NCBI GenBank assembly: GCA_045863235.1
Contig: BTUM01000006.1
Span: forward strand, 64,001 to 128,000
Direction: 5' to 3'
DNA: 64,000 nt
Source of the DNA: Candidatus Xenobia bacterium
GTDB lineage: Bacteria; Vulcanimicrobiota; Xenobia; Xenobiales; QWHO01
Positions 36,328 through 46,274 of this stretch are shown here, in pieces. Position 1 is the stretch's first letter. Each line of letters opens with the position of its first letter. The notes under the pieces are model-generated. The model ran no database searches, was not told the DNA's origin, and saw only the letters and a list, made by a program, of their open reading frames with translations. Position numbers and translations under genes: made by a program.

Positions 36328-37779
36328 TTACCAGCCGATGCCACCGTCCGGCAGCGGCTCTTTCTTCTTGGCGGGCGGCTCGACGCCCGTGTGGGCGTTG
36401 AGGTCGCGGAAGCGGTCGGCCACGTCCGCTGGCGTCTCTCCGGTCTCGCGCTGGTGCTTCTTGGCCCAGTCATTCCAGAACTCCTTGGGCTCCTGGTTGA
36501 AGCCCTGCGGGGCGGTGGGGCGGCTCTGGTCGCGACCGGTCACCAGGCTTCCGACGTAGTCGCCGTCCTCATAGACCTTGTTGATCTTGGCCGCCGCATC
36601 GTCCACGTCGGAGGCGGTCACGTTGCCGTCGGTGGCCTTGTAGAACTGCACCGTGACCCGGATGGGCAGCTCTTCGTCGCGCACCAGGCTCTGCTTGTCG
36701 ATCTCGGTGAAGTCGCCCTCGGCCTTGCCGTGGGTGATATAGGCGTCCTCGGTAGACCGCATGGAGCGCATCGCGCCCTTGGGAGCCATCGAGAACGAAG
36801 CCGCTTCCAGGAAGCCGAAGTTCTGGGGGTTCTTCTGCTTGAGCGGAACCTGGATGATCATTACCATGTTCTCGCCTGCGGTGGCTTCGCCCGAGGCGAC
36901 CGCGCCGCCCAGCTCATCGGGCCGCTCGCTGATGCGTCCGCCCACCAGGCTGGCCCGCTTGCCGTTCTCGTTGAAGAAGAGCGGCTGGCCCCAGCTCTGG
37001 CCGCCGAACTTGTCGCGCTGGTTGTCGATGACGGTGGCGCTGGTGCCTTCCGGGGTGCACAGGATGGTCAGCACGGCCGGGTCGTCCTTGACCGACTGGT
37101 AGTTGTAAACGGTCGGGTTGAACTTGACCGTCTCCCCCTCGCCCTGGGGCACGGGCAAGAAGCAGGCCTGGGCGCTGCCCAGCACGTGCGTCTCGTCGGC
37201 CTTGAGCAGCGACTTCGTGTCGCCGGCAAACGAGCTGGGGTCGGAAAGGTACTGGCGGATATCGCCCAGATACTCGCGCAGGGTCACCCGCTGGGGCTCG
37301 CCACCCTTCTCGTTGCCTACCAGAACGAAGAACTTGTCCAGGCTGATGTCCACCGTCTTGTCGGCGAAGTTGGGATTGCGCAGCACCGGCAGCAGGCTGA
37401 CCTTGCTCTCGCCGCGCTTGCCCTCTTGCTGCACGGCCAGGGTCATGTCGGTGATGTTGCGGCCGCCGGAAGAGTTGTCGAAGCGATGGGTGTCCTCCCA
37501 CATCACGTTGACCACGTCCATGCCGTGCTTCTTAGCGGCCCGGCCGATCTCTTGATTGTCGACCAGGTTGAGCGTGCGGCTCACGACTTCGTCGTAGCTC
37601 GGCTTCTGGGGACGCTGCTTCTTGAGCTGCTCGTCCCAGTCTTTCTCAGGAATGGTCACGGGCGGGCCCAGGCCGTCCTGGGGGTCGGGCAGCCAGCAGC
37701 CGCCGGGCGCGATGCCCATGGGCTGCTTGCCCGACGAATGTACAGGGGTCGATAGGGAACTGGTGCTGGTGGTGATCAC
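36328..37779 (-). CDS. Uncharacterised conserved protein (WEDTxR...NITDMTL family)
   Basis: GGAGG RBS before GTG 37779; strongly host-like codon usage; own terminator. Confidence 0.8.
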   Translation of the reverse strand: MITTSTSSLSTPVHSSGKQPMGIAPGGCWLPDPQDGLGPPVTIPEKDWDEQLKKQRPQKPSYDEVVSRTLNLVDNQEIGRAAKKHGMDVVNVMWEDTHRFDNSSGGRNITDMTLAVQQEGKRGESKVSLLPVLRNPNFADKTVDISLDKFFVLVGNEKGGEPQRVTLREYLGDIRQYLSDPSSFAGDTKSLLKADETHVLGSAQACFLPVPQGEGETVKFNPTVYNYQSVKDDPAVLTILCTPEGTSATVIDNQRDKFGGQSWGQPLFFNENGKRASLVGGRISERPDELGGAVASGEATAGENMVMIIQVPLKQKNPQNFGFLEAASFSMAPKGAMRSMRSTEDAYITHGKAEGDFTEIDKQSLVRDEELPIRVTVQFYKATDGNVTASDVDDAAAKINKVYEDGDYVGSLVTGRDQSRPTAPQGFNQEPKEFWNDWAKKHQRETGETPADVADRFRDLNAHTGVEPPAKKKEPLPDGGIGW

Positions 37780-37878
37780 GGAATGCCTCCCCGAGTTCTG
37801 GTCTGGTGTGTGTGTCGATGTGCACATTAGGGTCAGCCCCTGAAGGAATCCTGAAAATCTCCTCGCGAAGCTTCCCTG

Positions 37879-39066
37879 GTGAAGTTCTGGATCCGTCTCA
37901 TTGTTGGGCTTGTGTTCCTGGCCCTGATCGCCTGGCTGGCCATCCCTGTCCCCGCTTTGAAAGCCCCTCGACCCGAGTGGAAGGTGGTCAGCGATGCTGA
38001 CAACGCCTGGCTCGAGTATCACGAGCTGGGCAAGGAGGCTCGTAAAGCGGAGACCTTTCCCGACGATGTGCTGCCCGCACCCGGCAAGAACGCCCAGGTG
38101 GACTCGGTTCGTCCGGTCTTCGACCGCCTGGTCAAGGCAGCTGCCCGGTCCGGCTCGCAGCGCTTCGAGGAGCCTCCCTCGGTGAGATCGACCGACCTGA
38201 TGTACGTCTATAAGGACGAAAAGACCCTGGTGCGGTTGGCCCTGGCCGAATCCCGACGGTTGGCTGGCGCCGGCCAGCTCAAGCAGGCCCTGGAGCTTTC
38301 ATTAGCCTGCTACGAGATGGGAGCCGATCTGTCCGAGCCCGGGGCCGACCTGACGCCCACGCTGGTGGGCGCCCAGATCCGGCGCCGGGCCAGCCTGGTT
38401 CTCTTCGAGCTGCTGCAGGAGCCCGCCCTGACTCAGGCCCAGGCGCGGGCGGCGCTGGCCGTCGTGGAGCGCTGCAACCAGCGCATTCCTTCTCCGGGCG
38501 AGGCGGTGGCCTGGGACCGCGAGGCGGTGGCCCGCGGCCTGGAGGACACGCTGGAGGATGATGCGCCGCCTTTGCCCGGGCTCAAGGCTCGCCTGCAAAA
38601 TTCGGTTCAGCAGCGAGTAGCCGCCCAGCAGAAGCTGCTGGTGGAGGCCATGCAAACCTGGGACCCGACTCTGGTCCAGCAGGCCCAGGAGCAGGCCGAG
38701 AAACTGCGCACGGGCGGTCTTTTGATGCGGGACGCTGTCCCGGAGATGAAGATCAGTTTAAGCAACAGCCTGCGCCAGATGTACCTCGACCGGGTCAACG
38801 CCCTGGCTCTCGAGTGCCTGGCGGCGGTGGCGGCGTACGCTCGCCAGCACAAGCGCCTGCCGGCGCGGCTGGAGGATGCTCTGGCAAAGCCTCCGGTCGA
38901 CCCCCGCACGGGTAAGGCTCCCGGTTACCGCGTGGAAGGCCGCGAGGCCGTTCTCTGGTATCCCGGACCCGATGGTCGAGACGACCAGGGAAAGAAGGTG
39001 GTCAGTTTCGATCAGCGCGACCAGGATGACGGGGCGGACGTCGTCTACCGCTACCAATTGAGGTAG
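37879..39066 (+). CDS. Membrane-anchored hypothetical protein with pseudopilin-G-like C-terminus
   Basis: N-terminal TM helix; LPARLEDAL...PVDPRTG...YPGPDGRDD tail. Confidence 0.7.
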   Translation: MKFWIRLIVGLVFLALIAWLAIPVPALKAPRPEWKVVSDADNAWLEYHELGKEARKAETFPDDVLPAPGKNAQVDSVRPVFDRLVKAAARSGSQRFEEPPSVRSTDLMYVYKDEKTLVRLALAESRRLAGAGQLKQALELSLACYEMGADLSEPGADLTPTLVGAQIRRRASLVLFELLQEPALTQAQARAALAVVERCNQRIPSPGEAVAWDREAVARGLEDTLEDDAPPLPGLKARLQNSVQQRVAAQQKLLVEAMQTWDPTLVQQAQEQAEKLRTGGLLMRDAVPEMKISLSNSLRQMYLDRVNALALECLAAVAAYARQHKRLPARLEDALAKPPVDPRTGKAPGYRVEGREAVLWYPGPDGRDDQGKKVVSFDQRDQDDGADVVYRYQLR

Positions 39067-39069
39067 CCG

Positions 39070-40326
39070 GTGGACGCTCTCAACGCGCCTGAGGCCGCCT
39101 CCATTCGAGCCATTCGGGCCACCTGGTGCGACCTGGGCAACCAGATTCGAGCCAAGGCCGTGCACCGAGAAGGTTGGGCCAGCGGATTCGAGGTCTTCAT
39201 CGCGGCCGGGGCTCAGGGGGCGCCGGCCACGGCCGACATGGTGCTGCCCGAGAGCGGGTTGACGCCCGTGGGCGAGGTGGCCCTGGTGCCCGACTGGTCC
39301 ACGCTGCAGGCCCTGCCGTACGCCCCCGCCCACGCCCGGGTGCTCACCGACATGCACCACCGGGGGCAGCCCTGGAGCCTCTGCCCGCGAGGCTTCGTCC
39401 GCCGCCAGCAAGAGCGGTTGCACGAGCGTCACGGCCTGAAGCTGACGGCCGCGTTCGAGAACGAGTTCTACCTGCACCACCCCGATGGCTCCCTGGTCGA
39501 TGAGAGCAATTTCGCCTCGGTTTACGCGCTCAACCGCAGCCGTCCGGTGCTCGACGAGCTGCTCGAGGCCCTGGTGGCCCAGCGGATGAGCGTGCAGCAA
39601 TTCCATGCCGAAGCCGGCCCCGGCCAGTTCGAGGTCTCCATCGGCCACGCCGAGGGACTGGCGGCGGCCGACCACCAGGTTGCCCTGCGCGAGACGGCGC
39701 ACGCCGTGGCCGAGCGCCACGGTCTGCGGGCCAACTTCCTGCCCAAGCCGTTCCCCGCCCAGGCCGGCAGCGGCTGCCACCTGCACCTTGGCCTGGAAGG
39801 CCTGGCGGCCGATGATCCGCGCTTTCGTCACTTCATGGCGGGCATTTTGCAGCACCTGGAGGCCCTGCTGGCCATCACTGCAGGGCTGCCCAACTCGCAC
39901 CAGCGCCTGGTGCCCAACTCCTGGAGCGGAGCCTTCCGCTGCTGGGGTATCCAGAATCGCGAAGCGGCCCTGCGCCTGCCCGCCAGCCCGGGACACTTCG
40001 AGGTGAAGGCGGTGGACGCCACCGCCAACCCCTATCTGGCGATGGGAGCCATGATCGCCTGCGGGCTGGATGGATTGGATCGCCGGTTGGAGCTGCCCCC
40101 AGGCGTGGAGTCGGATCCGGCCACTTTGCCCGAGGCGGATCGCCCCCCTCGTTTGCCCGCCAGGGCCGGTCAGGCTTTGCAGGCGCTCGAGCGCGACGAG
40201 GTCCTGGCTGAGTCCCTCGGGCCCGACCTGCACCGGGCCTTTCTGGCCGTGCGCCGGGCCGAAGTGGCCCGTCTCGAGGAGCTGGGCCCGGAGGGCGAGG
40301 TGCGCTTGTTGGCGGGTCGTTTCTGA
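39070..40326 (+). CDS. Glutamine synthetase-like gamma-glutamyl ligase (FluG C-terminal type)
   Basis: ENEFYL, HAEAGPGQFE, PKP...GSGCHLH, NREAALR, HFEVKAVDATANPYL. Confidence 0.9.
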   Translation: MDALNAPEAASIRAIRATWCDLGNQIRAKAVHREGWASGFEVFIAAGAQGAPATADMVLPESGLTPVGEVALVPDWSTLQALPYAPAHARVLTDMHHRGQPWSLCPRGFVRRQQERLHERHGLKLTAAFENEFYLHHPDGSLVDESNFASVYALNRSRPVLDELLEALVAQRMSVQQFHAEAGPGQFEVSIGHAEGLAAADHQVALRETAHAVAERHGLRANFLPKPFPAQAGSGCHLHLGLEGLAADDPRFRHFMAGILQHLEALLAITAGLPNSHQRLVPNSWSGAFRCWGIQNREAALRLPASPGHFEVKAVDATANPYLAMGAMIACGLDGLDRRLELPPGVESDPATLPEADRPPRLPARAGQALQALERDEVLAESLGPDLHRAFLAVRRAEVARLEELGPEGEVRLLAGRF

Positions 40327-41381
40327 CCCCCCACGCCCTGGACCTGAGCGGCTACCCCCTGCTCGACAGCCACTGTCATCCTATCTATCGCGAGCAACCT
40401 GCCGATTATGCCGAGTGCTTCACCGAGGCGCATCAATCCGGGGGCCACGCCCGCAACAGCCTGTTCTTCTTGCGCAGCCAGCGCGACCTGGCCGCCTTGC
40501 TCGGCTGTGCCAGCGATGAGGTGGAGCAGGCTCGCAGTCTTCTGAGCTCCGAGGAGCTCTTTCAGCGGTGCCTGCCCGGGGTGGACGAGCTGTTGCTCGA
40601 CGACGGCCTCAGCCCTGATCGCTGCCAGCCTCTGGAATGGCACGCCCGTTTCGTGCCCGTGCGGCGACTGGTGCGCCTGGAGCAGGTGGCCGAGCAGATT
40701 TTCGAGGGAGGGCCCTTCGCAGTCTTCCGGGAGCGCTATGTCAGCTACCTCGAGAGCACCCCCGCGGCCGGCTTCAAGAGCATTGCGGCCTACCGAACCG
40801 GTCTTGCCATCGGAGAGGGAGAGCAGGCCGAGGCCGCCTACCGTTCCTGGACCGGAGGAAGGCTGGCCCTCAAGCCTCTCAACGACCACCTGGTGAGGCT
40901 GGGGCTGGAGGTGGCCGCCCGGCGGGGCCTGCCGGTGCAGTTCCACACCGGCTTTGGCGACCCCGACCTGGACCTGGCGACGTCCAACCCGCTGGCTCTG
41001 CGTCCCTTGATCGAGCGATTTTCCTCGACAAAGCTGGTCTTGCTCCACGCGAGCTATCCTTTCGCCCGTGAAGCAGGCTTTCTGGCCAGCGTTTATCCCA
41101 ATGTCTACCTGGATTTCGGCCTGGCGGTGCCCTTCCTGAGCGTGCGGGGCATGGTCGAGGCGGTGGCTATGCTGCTCGAGCTGGGCCCCCTCTCCAAGCT
41201 GACCTGGTCGAGCGATGCCAGCCGCATCAGCGAGCTGTTCTATCTGGGTGCCCTGTGGGGGCGGCGGGTGCTGGGTCAGGTTCTGGGGCAGGCGGTGACG
41301 GATGGCGATCTGAGCGCGAGGCAGGCCGAGCAAGCCGCCCGGCAGATCCTGCAGGGGAACGCCGCCGCTCTCTACTCCTGA
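40323..41381 (+). CDS. Amidohydrolase (FluG N-terminal type), probable CTG start
   Basis: Frame is open upstream of TTG 40470 and encodes LDLSGYPLLDSHCH; also FKSIAAYRTGL, QFHTGFGD, LLHASYP, YLDFGL, SSDA. Confidence 0.82.
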   Translation: MTPHALDLSGYPLLDSHCHPIYREQPADYAECFTEAHQSGGHARNSLFFLRSQRDLAALLGCASDEVEQARSLLSSEELFQRCLPGVDELLLDDGLSPDRCQPLEWHARFVPVRRLVRLEQVAEQIFEGGPFAVFRERYVSYLESTPAAGFKSIAAYRTGLAIGEGEQAEAAYRSWTGGRLALKPLNDHLVRLGLEVAARRGLPVQFHTGFGDPDLDLATSNPLALRPLIERFSSTKLVLLHASYPFAREAGFLASVYPNVYLDFGLAVPFLSVRGMVEAVAMLLELGPLSKLTWSSDASRISELFYLGALWGRRVLGQVLGQAVTDGDLSARQAEQAARQILQGNAAALYS

Positions 41382-42368
41382 GTGACGAAGGGAACCGAGC
41401 GCGACAGCGAAGCACCTTCCATGCTGCTAGATTCCCGACCGGTTTGGCTCTACGACGGCCCCATGGAAACCCGCATCCAGTTCGGCACCGACTTCAAGCT
41501 CGACCCGGAGATGTCGATTTTTACCCTGGTGGAGTCGGCCTCAGGTCGCAGCGCCCTGAGCGCGCTCTATGAGCGCGATGCCCGCGCGGCCGCCCGCTAC
41601 CGGCTTCCCATCGTGCTCAACGCTCCTATCTACCGCGCCAGCCCGGCGCACCTGGCCAGACTCTCATTCACGGCCCCGGGTGACCTCGTGCGGATCAACC
41701 GCGACTGTCTCGACCTGGTCCGCGACCTCGTCTCCCGCCTCGACCGACCCCAGGACACGCTCATCACCGCTCCCATCGGCCCTCGATTTGCCGCCTACCA
41801 GCCCGATCGTCAATCCACCCTGGCCCAGGCCATCGACTACCATACCCCCCAGATCGAAGCGGTCGCAGCCTGGGGAGTCGAGCTGATCTCGATCGCCGCC
41901 ATGCACGGCGGGGTCGAAACGGTCGCTGCCGCCACGGTGGCCGCCCGGACCGGCGTCCCCTACACGGTCGGGTTCGTCCTCACGGCCGACGGCAAGATGC
42001 TGGACGGAACGCCGGTCTGGACGCTGATCGCCGAAATCGACGCCACCGTCGCGCCTGGCCCCGAGCTTTACGTCATCGGGTGCACCCATCCCACCGTCTG
42101 CGAGCAGGTTCTGGCCCTCGAGCACGCGGAGCTGGCTCGCATTCGCGGCGTCAAGGCCAACGGCTCGAGCAAGCCTCCGGAGGAGCTGCTCGAGCTGCGC
42201 CGGGCCGAGGCCGACCCTCCCGAGGAGTTTGCCGATGAGCTCCTGGCCCTGGGCCGCCCGCGGGGATTTCGTCTTTACGGCGGGTGCTGCGGAACGGACA
42301 CGGCCTTGATCGACAGTCTGGGGAAGCGTCTCACCGAAAAGAATCGCCAGGCCAGGGGGGAACCATGA
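41382..42368 (+). CDS. Homocysteine S-methyltransferase family protein
   Basis: DGPMETRI, GCTHP, ANGS, YGGCCGT; starts immediately after the amidohydrolase stop (alternative ATG 41421). Confidence 0.85.
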   Translation: MTKGTERDSEAPSMLLDSRPVWLYDGPMETRIQFGTDFKLDPEMSIFTLVESASGRSALSALYERDARAAARYRLPIVLNAPIYRASPAHLARLSFTAPGDLVRINRDCLDLVRDLVSRLDRPQDTLITAPIGPRFAAYQPDRQSTLAQAIDYHTPQIEAVAAWGVELISIAAMHGGVETVAAATVAARTGVPYTVGFVLTADGKMLDGTPVWTLIAEIDATVAPGPELYVIGCTHPTVCEQVLALEHAELARIRGVKANGSSKPPEELLELRRAEADPPEEFADELLALGRPRGFRLYGGCCGTDTALIDSLGKRLTEKNRQARGEP

Positions 42369-42562
42369 AGCTGGTCAAGACGCGAATCCACAGCGTGAGC
42401 GGCAATCCTCGCCCTCGCTGACCCACCCCTGGATTGATCCCGAAGCCACATCAAGAGCAGCAGGCCCACGTGCGCCCTGACCGAAACCGTCATCCTCAGG
42501 GTGACGGTGCCGTCTGGCTGACGACTCCCAGCAGAAAGAATCTTCAAGAGAGTCGACTCGTG

Positions 42563-43975
42563 ATGCTGACACCTCTCTGCGATTGGTTGGCCGACCCGCC
42601 CCCGGCGGGACCGGCTGCTTACAACTATCAGGGCTATTGTCCGAGTACCGGCCGGCTGCTCACGCTGGAGCGCACACCGATGGCCGAGGCTGTGGCGAGA
42701 GCTCTGATGCGGCGGCTGGGCCCTCTGGAAAAGGGCCGGATGTATGGCGTCTTGCTCACCGACCAGGGCGTCCTCATCGGCTTTTCGGGCCAGGAGCAGA
42801 GCGAGGGCTGGGTGCCGCCCATCCGGCCCCACGACCTCCCCGAGGTGGAGCTGGCCGAGCTGGCGCAACTCAAGGCCGAGTTGGCGGAGCTGCCCTTGCC
42901 GCTGGCCCGCCACGCGCTCGAGCTCTTGCAACAAGAGCGCGCCAGCATGAGCGAGCGCCATCGTATCAACAAGCAGATGCGCGCTCTAAAGCGTCAGGAA
43001 GGCGGCGACATCGAGCTGCTGCGCCAGGAGAGCCTGGCCGACGAGCGTGAGCTCAAAGCTCATAAGGCGCGGGTCCGTGACCTGGTCGCGCGGTTGAAGG
43101 CGCTCGAGGAGCGCCGCGTGCAAATCGTGCGGCGGCGTCGGGCGCTGTCGCGCCAGATGCACCGGGATCTGCAGCAGCGCTTCCAGGCCAGCTTGTTCCC
43201 GGGCCAGGCCTGGTCGCTGGCGTCGCTGTTCGCGGGCAACGCCCCGGGCGGCACGGGAGAGTGCTGCGCTCCCAAGCTGCTGCACTACGCCGCCCGCCAC
43301 GGGCTAACGCCGCTGGGGCTGGCCGAGTTCTGGTGGGGACCGGGTCCCCGCACCGCAGGTGAATTCTATCCGGCCTGCGCCGAGCGCTGCCAGCCGCTCC
43401 TGGGGGCTCTGTTGAGCCGGCAGGAGCTGCGTCTGCTCTACGAGGACGAGTTTCTGATCGCGGTCGACAAGCCTCCCGGCGTCCTGAGCGTTCCCGGGCG
43501 GGGTCCGCTGCAGCAAGACTGCATGCTGAGCCGCATGCAGCGCCTTCGTCCCGAGGTGCTGGGGATCCACCGCCTGGACCTCGAGACGACCGGCGTGCTG
43601 CTGTTCGCGCGCAACCGCGAGACCCAGAGCGAGCTGAACCGGCTGTTCCGAGACCGGCTCGTGAGGAAGATCTATATGGCCGAGCTCACCAGGAGCCCTG
43701 ACTGCCAGGAGGGCACCATCGAGCTGCCCGTCAGGGACAGGCCCGCAGTCACGCACTACCGCGTGCTGGGTGGCGCGAGGGTGGAGTTTCGCCCCGTCAC
43801 GGGCCGCACCCACCAGCTGCGTGTGCACGCCGCGCTGGGCCTGGGAGCGCCCATCCGTGGCGACCGTCTGTACGGCCCCGAGGGTCCGCGGCTCTACCTG
43901 CACTGCAGCGCCCTGGCCTTCGAGTTGGGAGGCCGTCGGATCGAGATCGCGTCCGATCCGCCCTTTTGGAGATGA
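42563..43975 (+). CDS. RluA-family pseudouridine synthase with long N-terminal extension
   Basis: GRMYGVL, GTGECCAPKLL, VDKPPGVLSVPG, HRLDLETTG, TGRTHQLRVH, GDRLYG. Confidence 0.92.
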   Translation: MLTPLCDWLADPPPAGPAAYNYQGYCPSTGRLLTLERTPMAEAVARALMRRLGPLEKGRMYGVLLTDQGVLIGFSGQEQSEGWVPPIRPHDLPEVELAELAQLKAELAELPLPLARHALELLQQERASMSERHRINKQMRALKRQEGGDIELLRQESLADERELKAHKARVRDLVARLKALEERRVQIVRRRRALSRQMHRDLQQRFQASLFPGQAWSLASLFAGNAPGGTGECCAPKLLHYAARHGLTPLGLAEFWWGPGPRTAGEFYPACAERCQPLLGALLSRQELRLLYEDEFLIAVDKPPGVLSVPGRGPLQQDCMLSRMQRLRPEVLGIHRLDLETTGVLLFARNRETQSELNRLFRDRLVRKIYMAELTRSPDCQEGTIELPVRDRPAVTHYRVLGGARVEFRPVTGRTHQLRVHAALGLGAPIRGDRLYGPEGPRLYLHCSALAFELGGRRIEIASDPPFWR

Positions 43976-44014
43976 GACTCTCACTCGAAGTGGTTCCCGG
44001 CATGGGCCAGGCGA

Positions 44015-44488
44015 TCACGAAGGATGAGTAACGCCTGGCTCTTCCTGACTGCGAAGCTCCCGGGCCTGCCGAAAGCGAGCGTCGCACTCTGCTTCTAGAA
44101 CCCCGCCGAGCAACCGGCAGCCTTGCTTGGACAGGGCGGCCAGGGCGGCGGCCCGCAGCTCGATCTGCTCCCACCCGATGGATTGCAGGAAGGGCATCGA
44201 GCTGCCGTAGACCACCTGCGGGATGCCCGCGAACAAAATGGCTCCCTGGCACATCGGACAGGGCTCAGCCGTGGTGTAGAGCACGCATTCGGTGAAGGGA
44301 GCCTCGCGGTCGAGGTTGGACAGGGCGTCCATCTCCCCGTGCCAGATGGGGCTGTCATGCGTGTGATTGCAGCCCGAGGCCAGCACGGACTGGCTGGGGG
44401 CGTGCACGATCACCGTTCCAAAGGGTGAGCGCGGGTTGTTGCTGGCCATTTCCAGGGCCTGCCACATCCAGTGCTTGTGATCGCGCAT
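44015..44488 (-). CDS. Zinc-dependent nucleoside/nucleobase deaminase
   Basis: PFG, HGEMDAL, LYTTAEPCPMC. Confidence 0.9.
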   Translation of the reverse strand: MRDHKHWMWQALEMASNNPRSPFGTVIVHAPSQSVLASGCNHTHDSPIWHGEMDALSNLDREAPFTECVLYTTAEPCPMCQGAILFAGIPQVVYGSSMPFLQSIGWEQIELRAAALAALSKQGCRLLGGVLEAECDARFRQARELRSQEEPGVTHPS

Positions 44489-44569
44489 CGCCGGCCATTC
44501 TACAAGTCCTTGCCAACTCCATCCTCAGCGCGCAGGATCCTCCCCACCCTCGACGGAAACCTGCCAGCC

Positions 44570-46090
44570 ATGCCCCCCCAGGCTGACCTGCTGAAAACCG
44601 GAGCAAAACATCTGCGTGCGCTGGAAACGGTGCGCGCTCTTTCGGCGTTTCGCAAGGCTCTGAACCGGGCCGTCAAGGACGGCGACCGCGAGCGCGAGGC
44701 CCGGGCCCGCAACTTCTGCTCGGAAGCGGCCCTGATCCTGGGCCGCTGGGCCCAGGCCGAGCTGGATGCTCGCACCGTGCTCGACCTTGCCGGTCAGCCT
44801 GAGGACGTGACCGCCCGGGCCCACTTCCTGCTGGGCGAGGTGATGGCCAGCCGGGGCGACCCCGAGGCCGCCTTCGCAAGCCTGCAGCGAGCGCTCAACC
44901 TGGCCCCGGCGAAGGGCGTTCTGAGGGGTCAGATCCTCTGCCGTCTGGCCGCTCTGGCCGGGCGCACCGGCTCGGCCGACGAGGCCCAGAGCCTGGTCGA
45001 CGAGACCATGGCCGGCCTCAAGCCGAAGACCCCGGAAGAACGCGAGCTGCTGGCCGGGTTGATCATCCAGTCGGGCCTGTGTCACCTTCGTCGCTCTCAA
45101 CTTCAGGCCGCCGAGGAGTCCTTCGAGAAGGCCATCGCGGCCCTGAAGGGCGAGAGCAGTCTGGAGGAGGCCAACGCCCAGCGCTACCTGGGCGTGGTCA
45201 ACAGCCTGCGAGGCCGCCATCGCACCGCTCTGCTCTACCATCTGGCCGCTTACGACCTGTTCCAGAAGGCCGGTTGCCGCTACGGGCTGGCCCGCACCTA
45301 CGAGAGCATCGGGCGCACCTATCTGGTGTTCAATCGGCTGGAAGAGTCGCTCTTTTGTCTCAAGCGCAGCGCCGGCATGTGCGAGAAGCTGGGGGCCGAG
45401 GCCGAGCTGGCCACGATCTACGGCAAGCTGGGACACGTCCACTTCGTGCGCGAGGAGTATGAGAAGGCGGCCTCCTACTTCCGACGCGACCTCAAGACCT
45501 CGACTCGCTTCAAGAACGACTATGCGCTGGGCTTTGCTTTGCGCAACCTGGGCCGCTGCGAAGCGGCGCTGGGCCTGATGGCCTCGGCCGTGCAGCACCT
45601 GGAGGCCAGCTTGAAGCTGTTCGAAAAGGTGCGCGACGCCCTCAACCTGGGCCGGGTGCAGATGGACCTTTGCCAGGCCTACACTCGCTATGGCAAGCTG
45701 GAAGAGGCCCAGGAGGCCTGCGAGCGGGCCCGCAGCTTGATGGCTCAGCTGGGAATGGACCGCGAGGTCGCTTTCTTGAACCTCTTGATGGGTCAGGTGG
45801 CGCGCAAGTCAGGGCGGGAGCGCGAAGCCGAGAAGTTGCTCAAGCAGTCGGTCGAGCAACTCACCGACATGCCCAGCCCGGCCTGGCTGGCCGAGGCCTA
45901 TTATGAGCTGGGCGAGTTGTATCGCTTCGCTCGTCCCCAGGCTGCCCTGGAAGCGTATCAGCACGCTTTTCGCACCGTGCGGCGAGCCGGCCTGGCGCGC
46001 GAGGAGGGCCGCTATCTCGCGGCCCTCGAGCGCTTCGACCCCCATGCCCTCTTCGCAACGCTCATGGACAACGTTTCCGACGTTCGCTGA
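44570..46090 (+). CDS. Tetratricopeptide-repeat protein
   Basis: Many consecutive TPR-like units (ARTYESIGRTY, ATIYGKLGHVH, AEAYYELGELY). Confidence 0.85.
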   Translation: MPPQADLLKTGAKHLRALETVRALSAFRKALNRAVKDGDREREARARNFCSEAALILGRWAQAELDARTVLDLAGQPEDVTARAHFLLGEVMASRGDPEAAFASLQRALNLAPAKGVLRGQILCRLAALAGRTGSADEAQSLVDETMAGLKPKTPEERELLAGLIIQSGLCHLRRSQLQAAEESFEKAIAALKGESSLEEANAQRYLGVVNSLRGRHRTALLYHLAAYDLFQKAGCRYGLARTYESIGRTYLVFNRLEESLFCLKRSAGMCEKLGAEAELATIYGKLGHVHFVREEYEKAASYFRRDLKTSTRFKNDYALGFALRNLGRCEAALGLMASAVQHLEASLKLFEKVRDALNLGRVQMDLCQAYTRYGKLEEAQEACERARSLMAQLGMDREVAFLNLLMGQVARKSGREREAEKLLKQSVEQLTDMPSPAWLAEAYYELGELYRFARPQAALEAYQHAFRTVRRAGLAREEGRYLAALERFDPHALFATLMDNVSDVR

Positions 46091-46274
46091 CCTTTCAGAG
46101 CCCTTTCAGCTGATTGGCCCAAGATGACCGTGATCAGCTCTTGAAGAACCAGGCCGTGTTGAGGGAACCCAAAACTGCTCTTCAGCGGTCTTGAGAGCAG
46201 GAGTCAGATTGAAGCAAGCAGTATAATCGGGAACGCCCATCCCGGGTCGGAAGGACACCGGGAGGGCCTGGAGG

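Noticed and set aside
42365..42560. Short ORF MKLVKTRIHS... overlapping the methyltransferase stop
   Set aside because: It stops after 18 codons and no family is recognisable in any frame; at most an unidentifiable remnant
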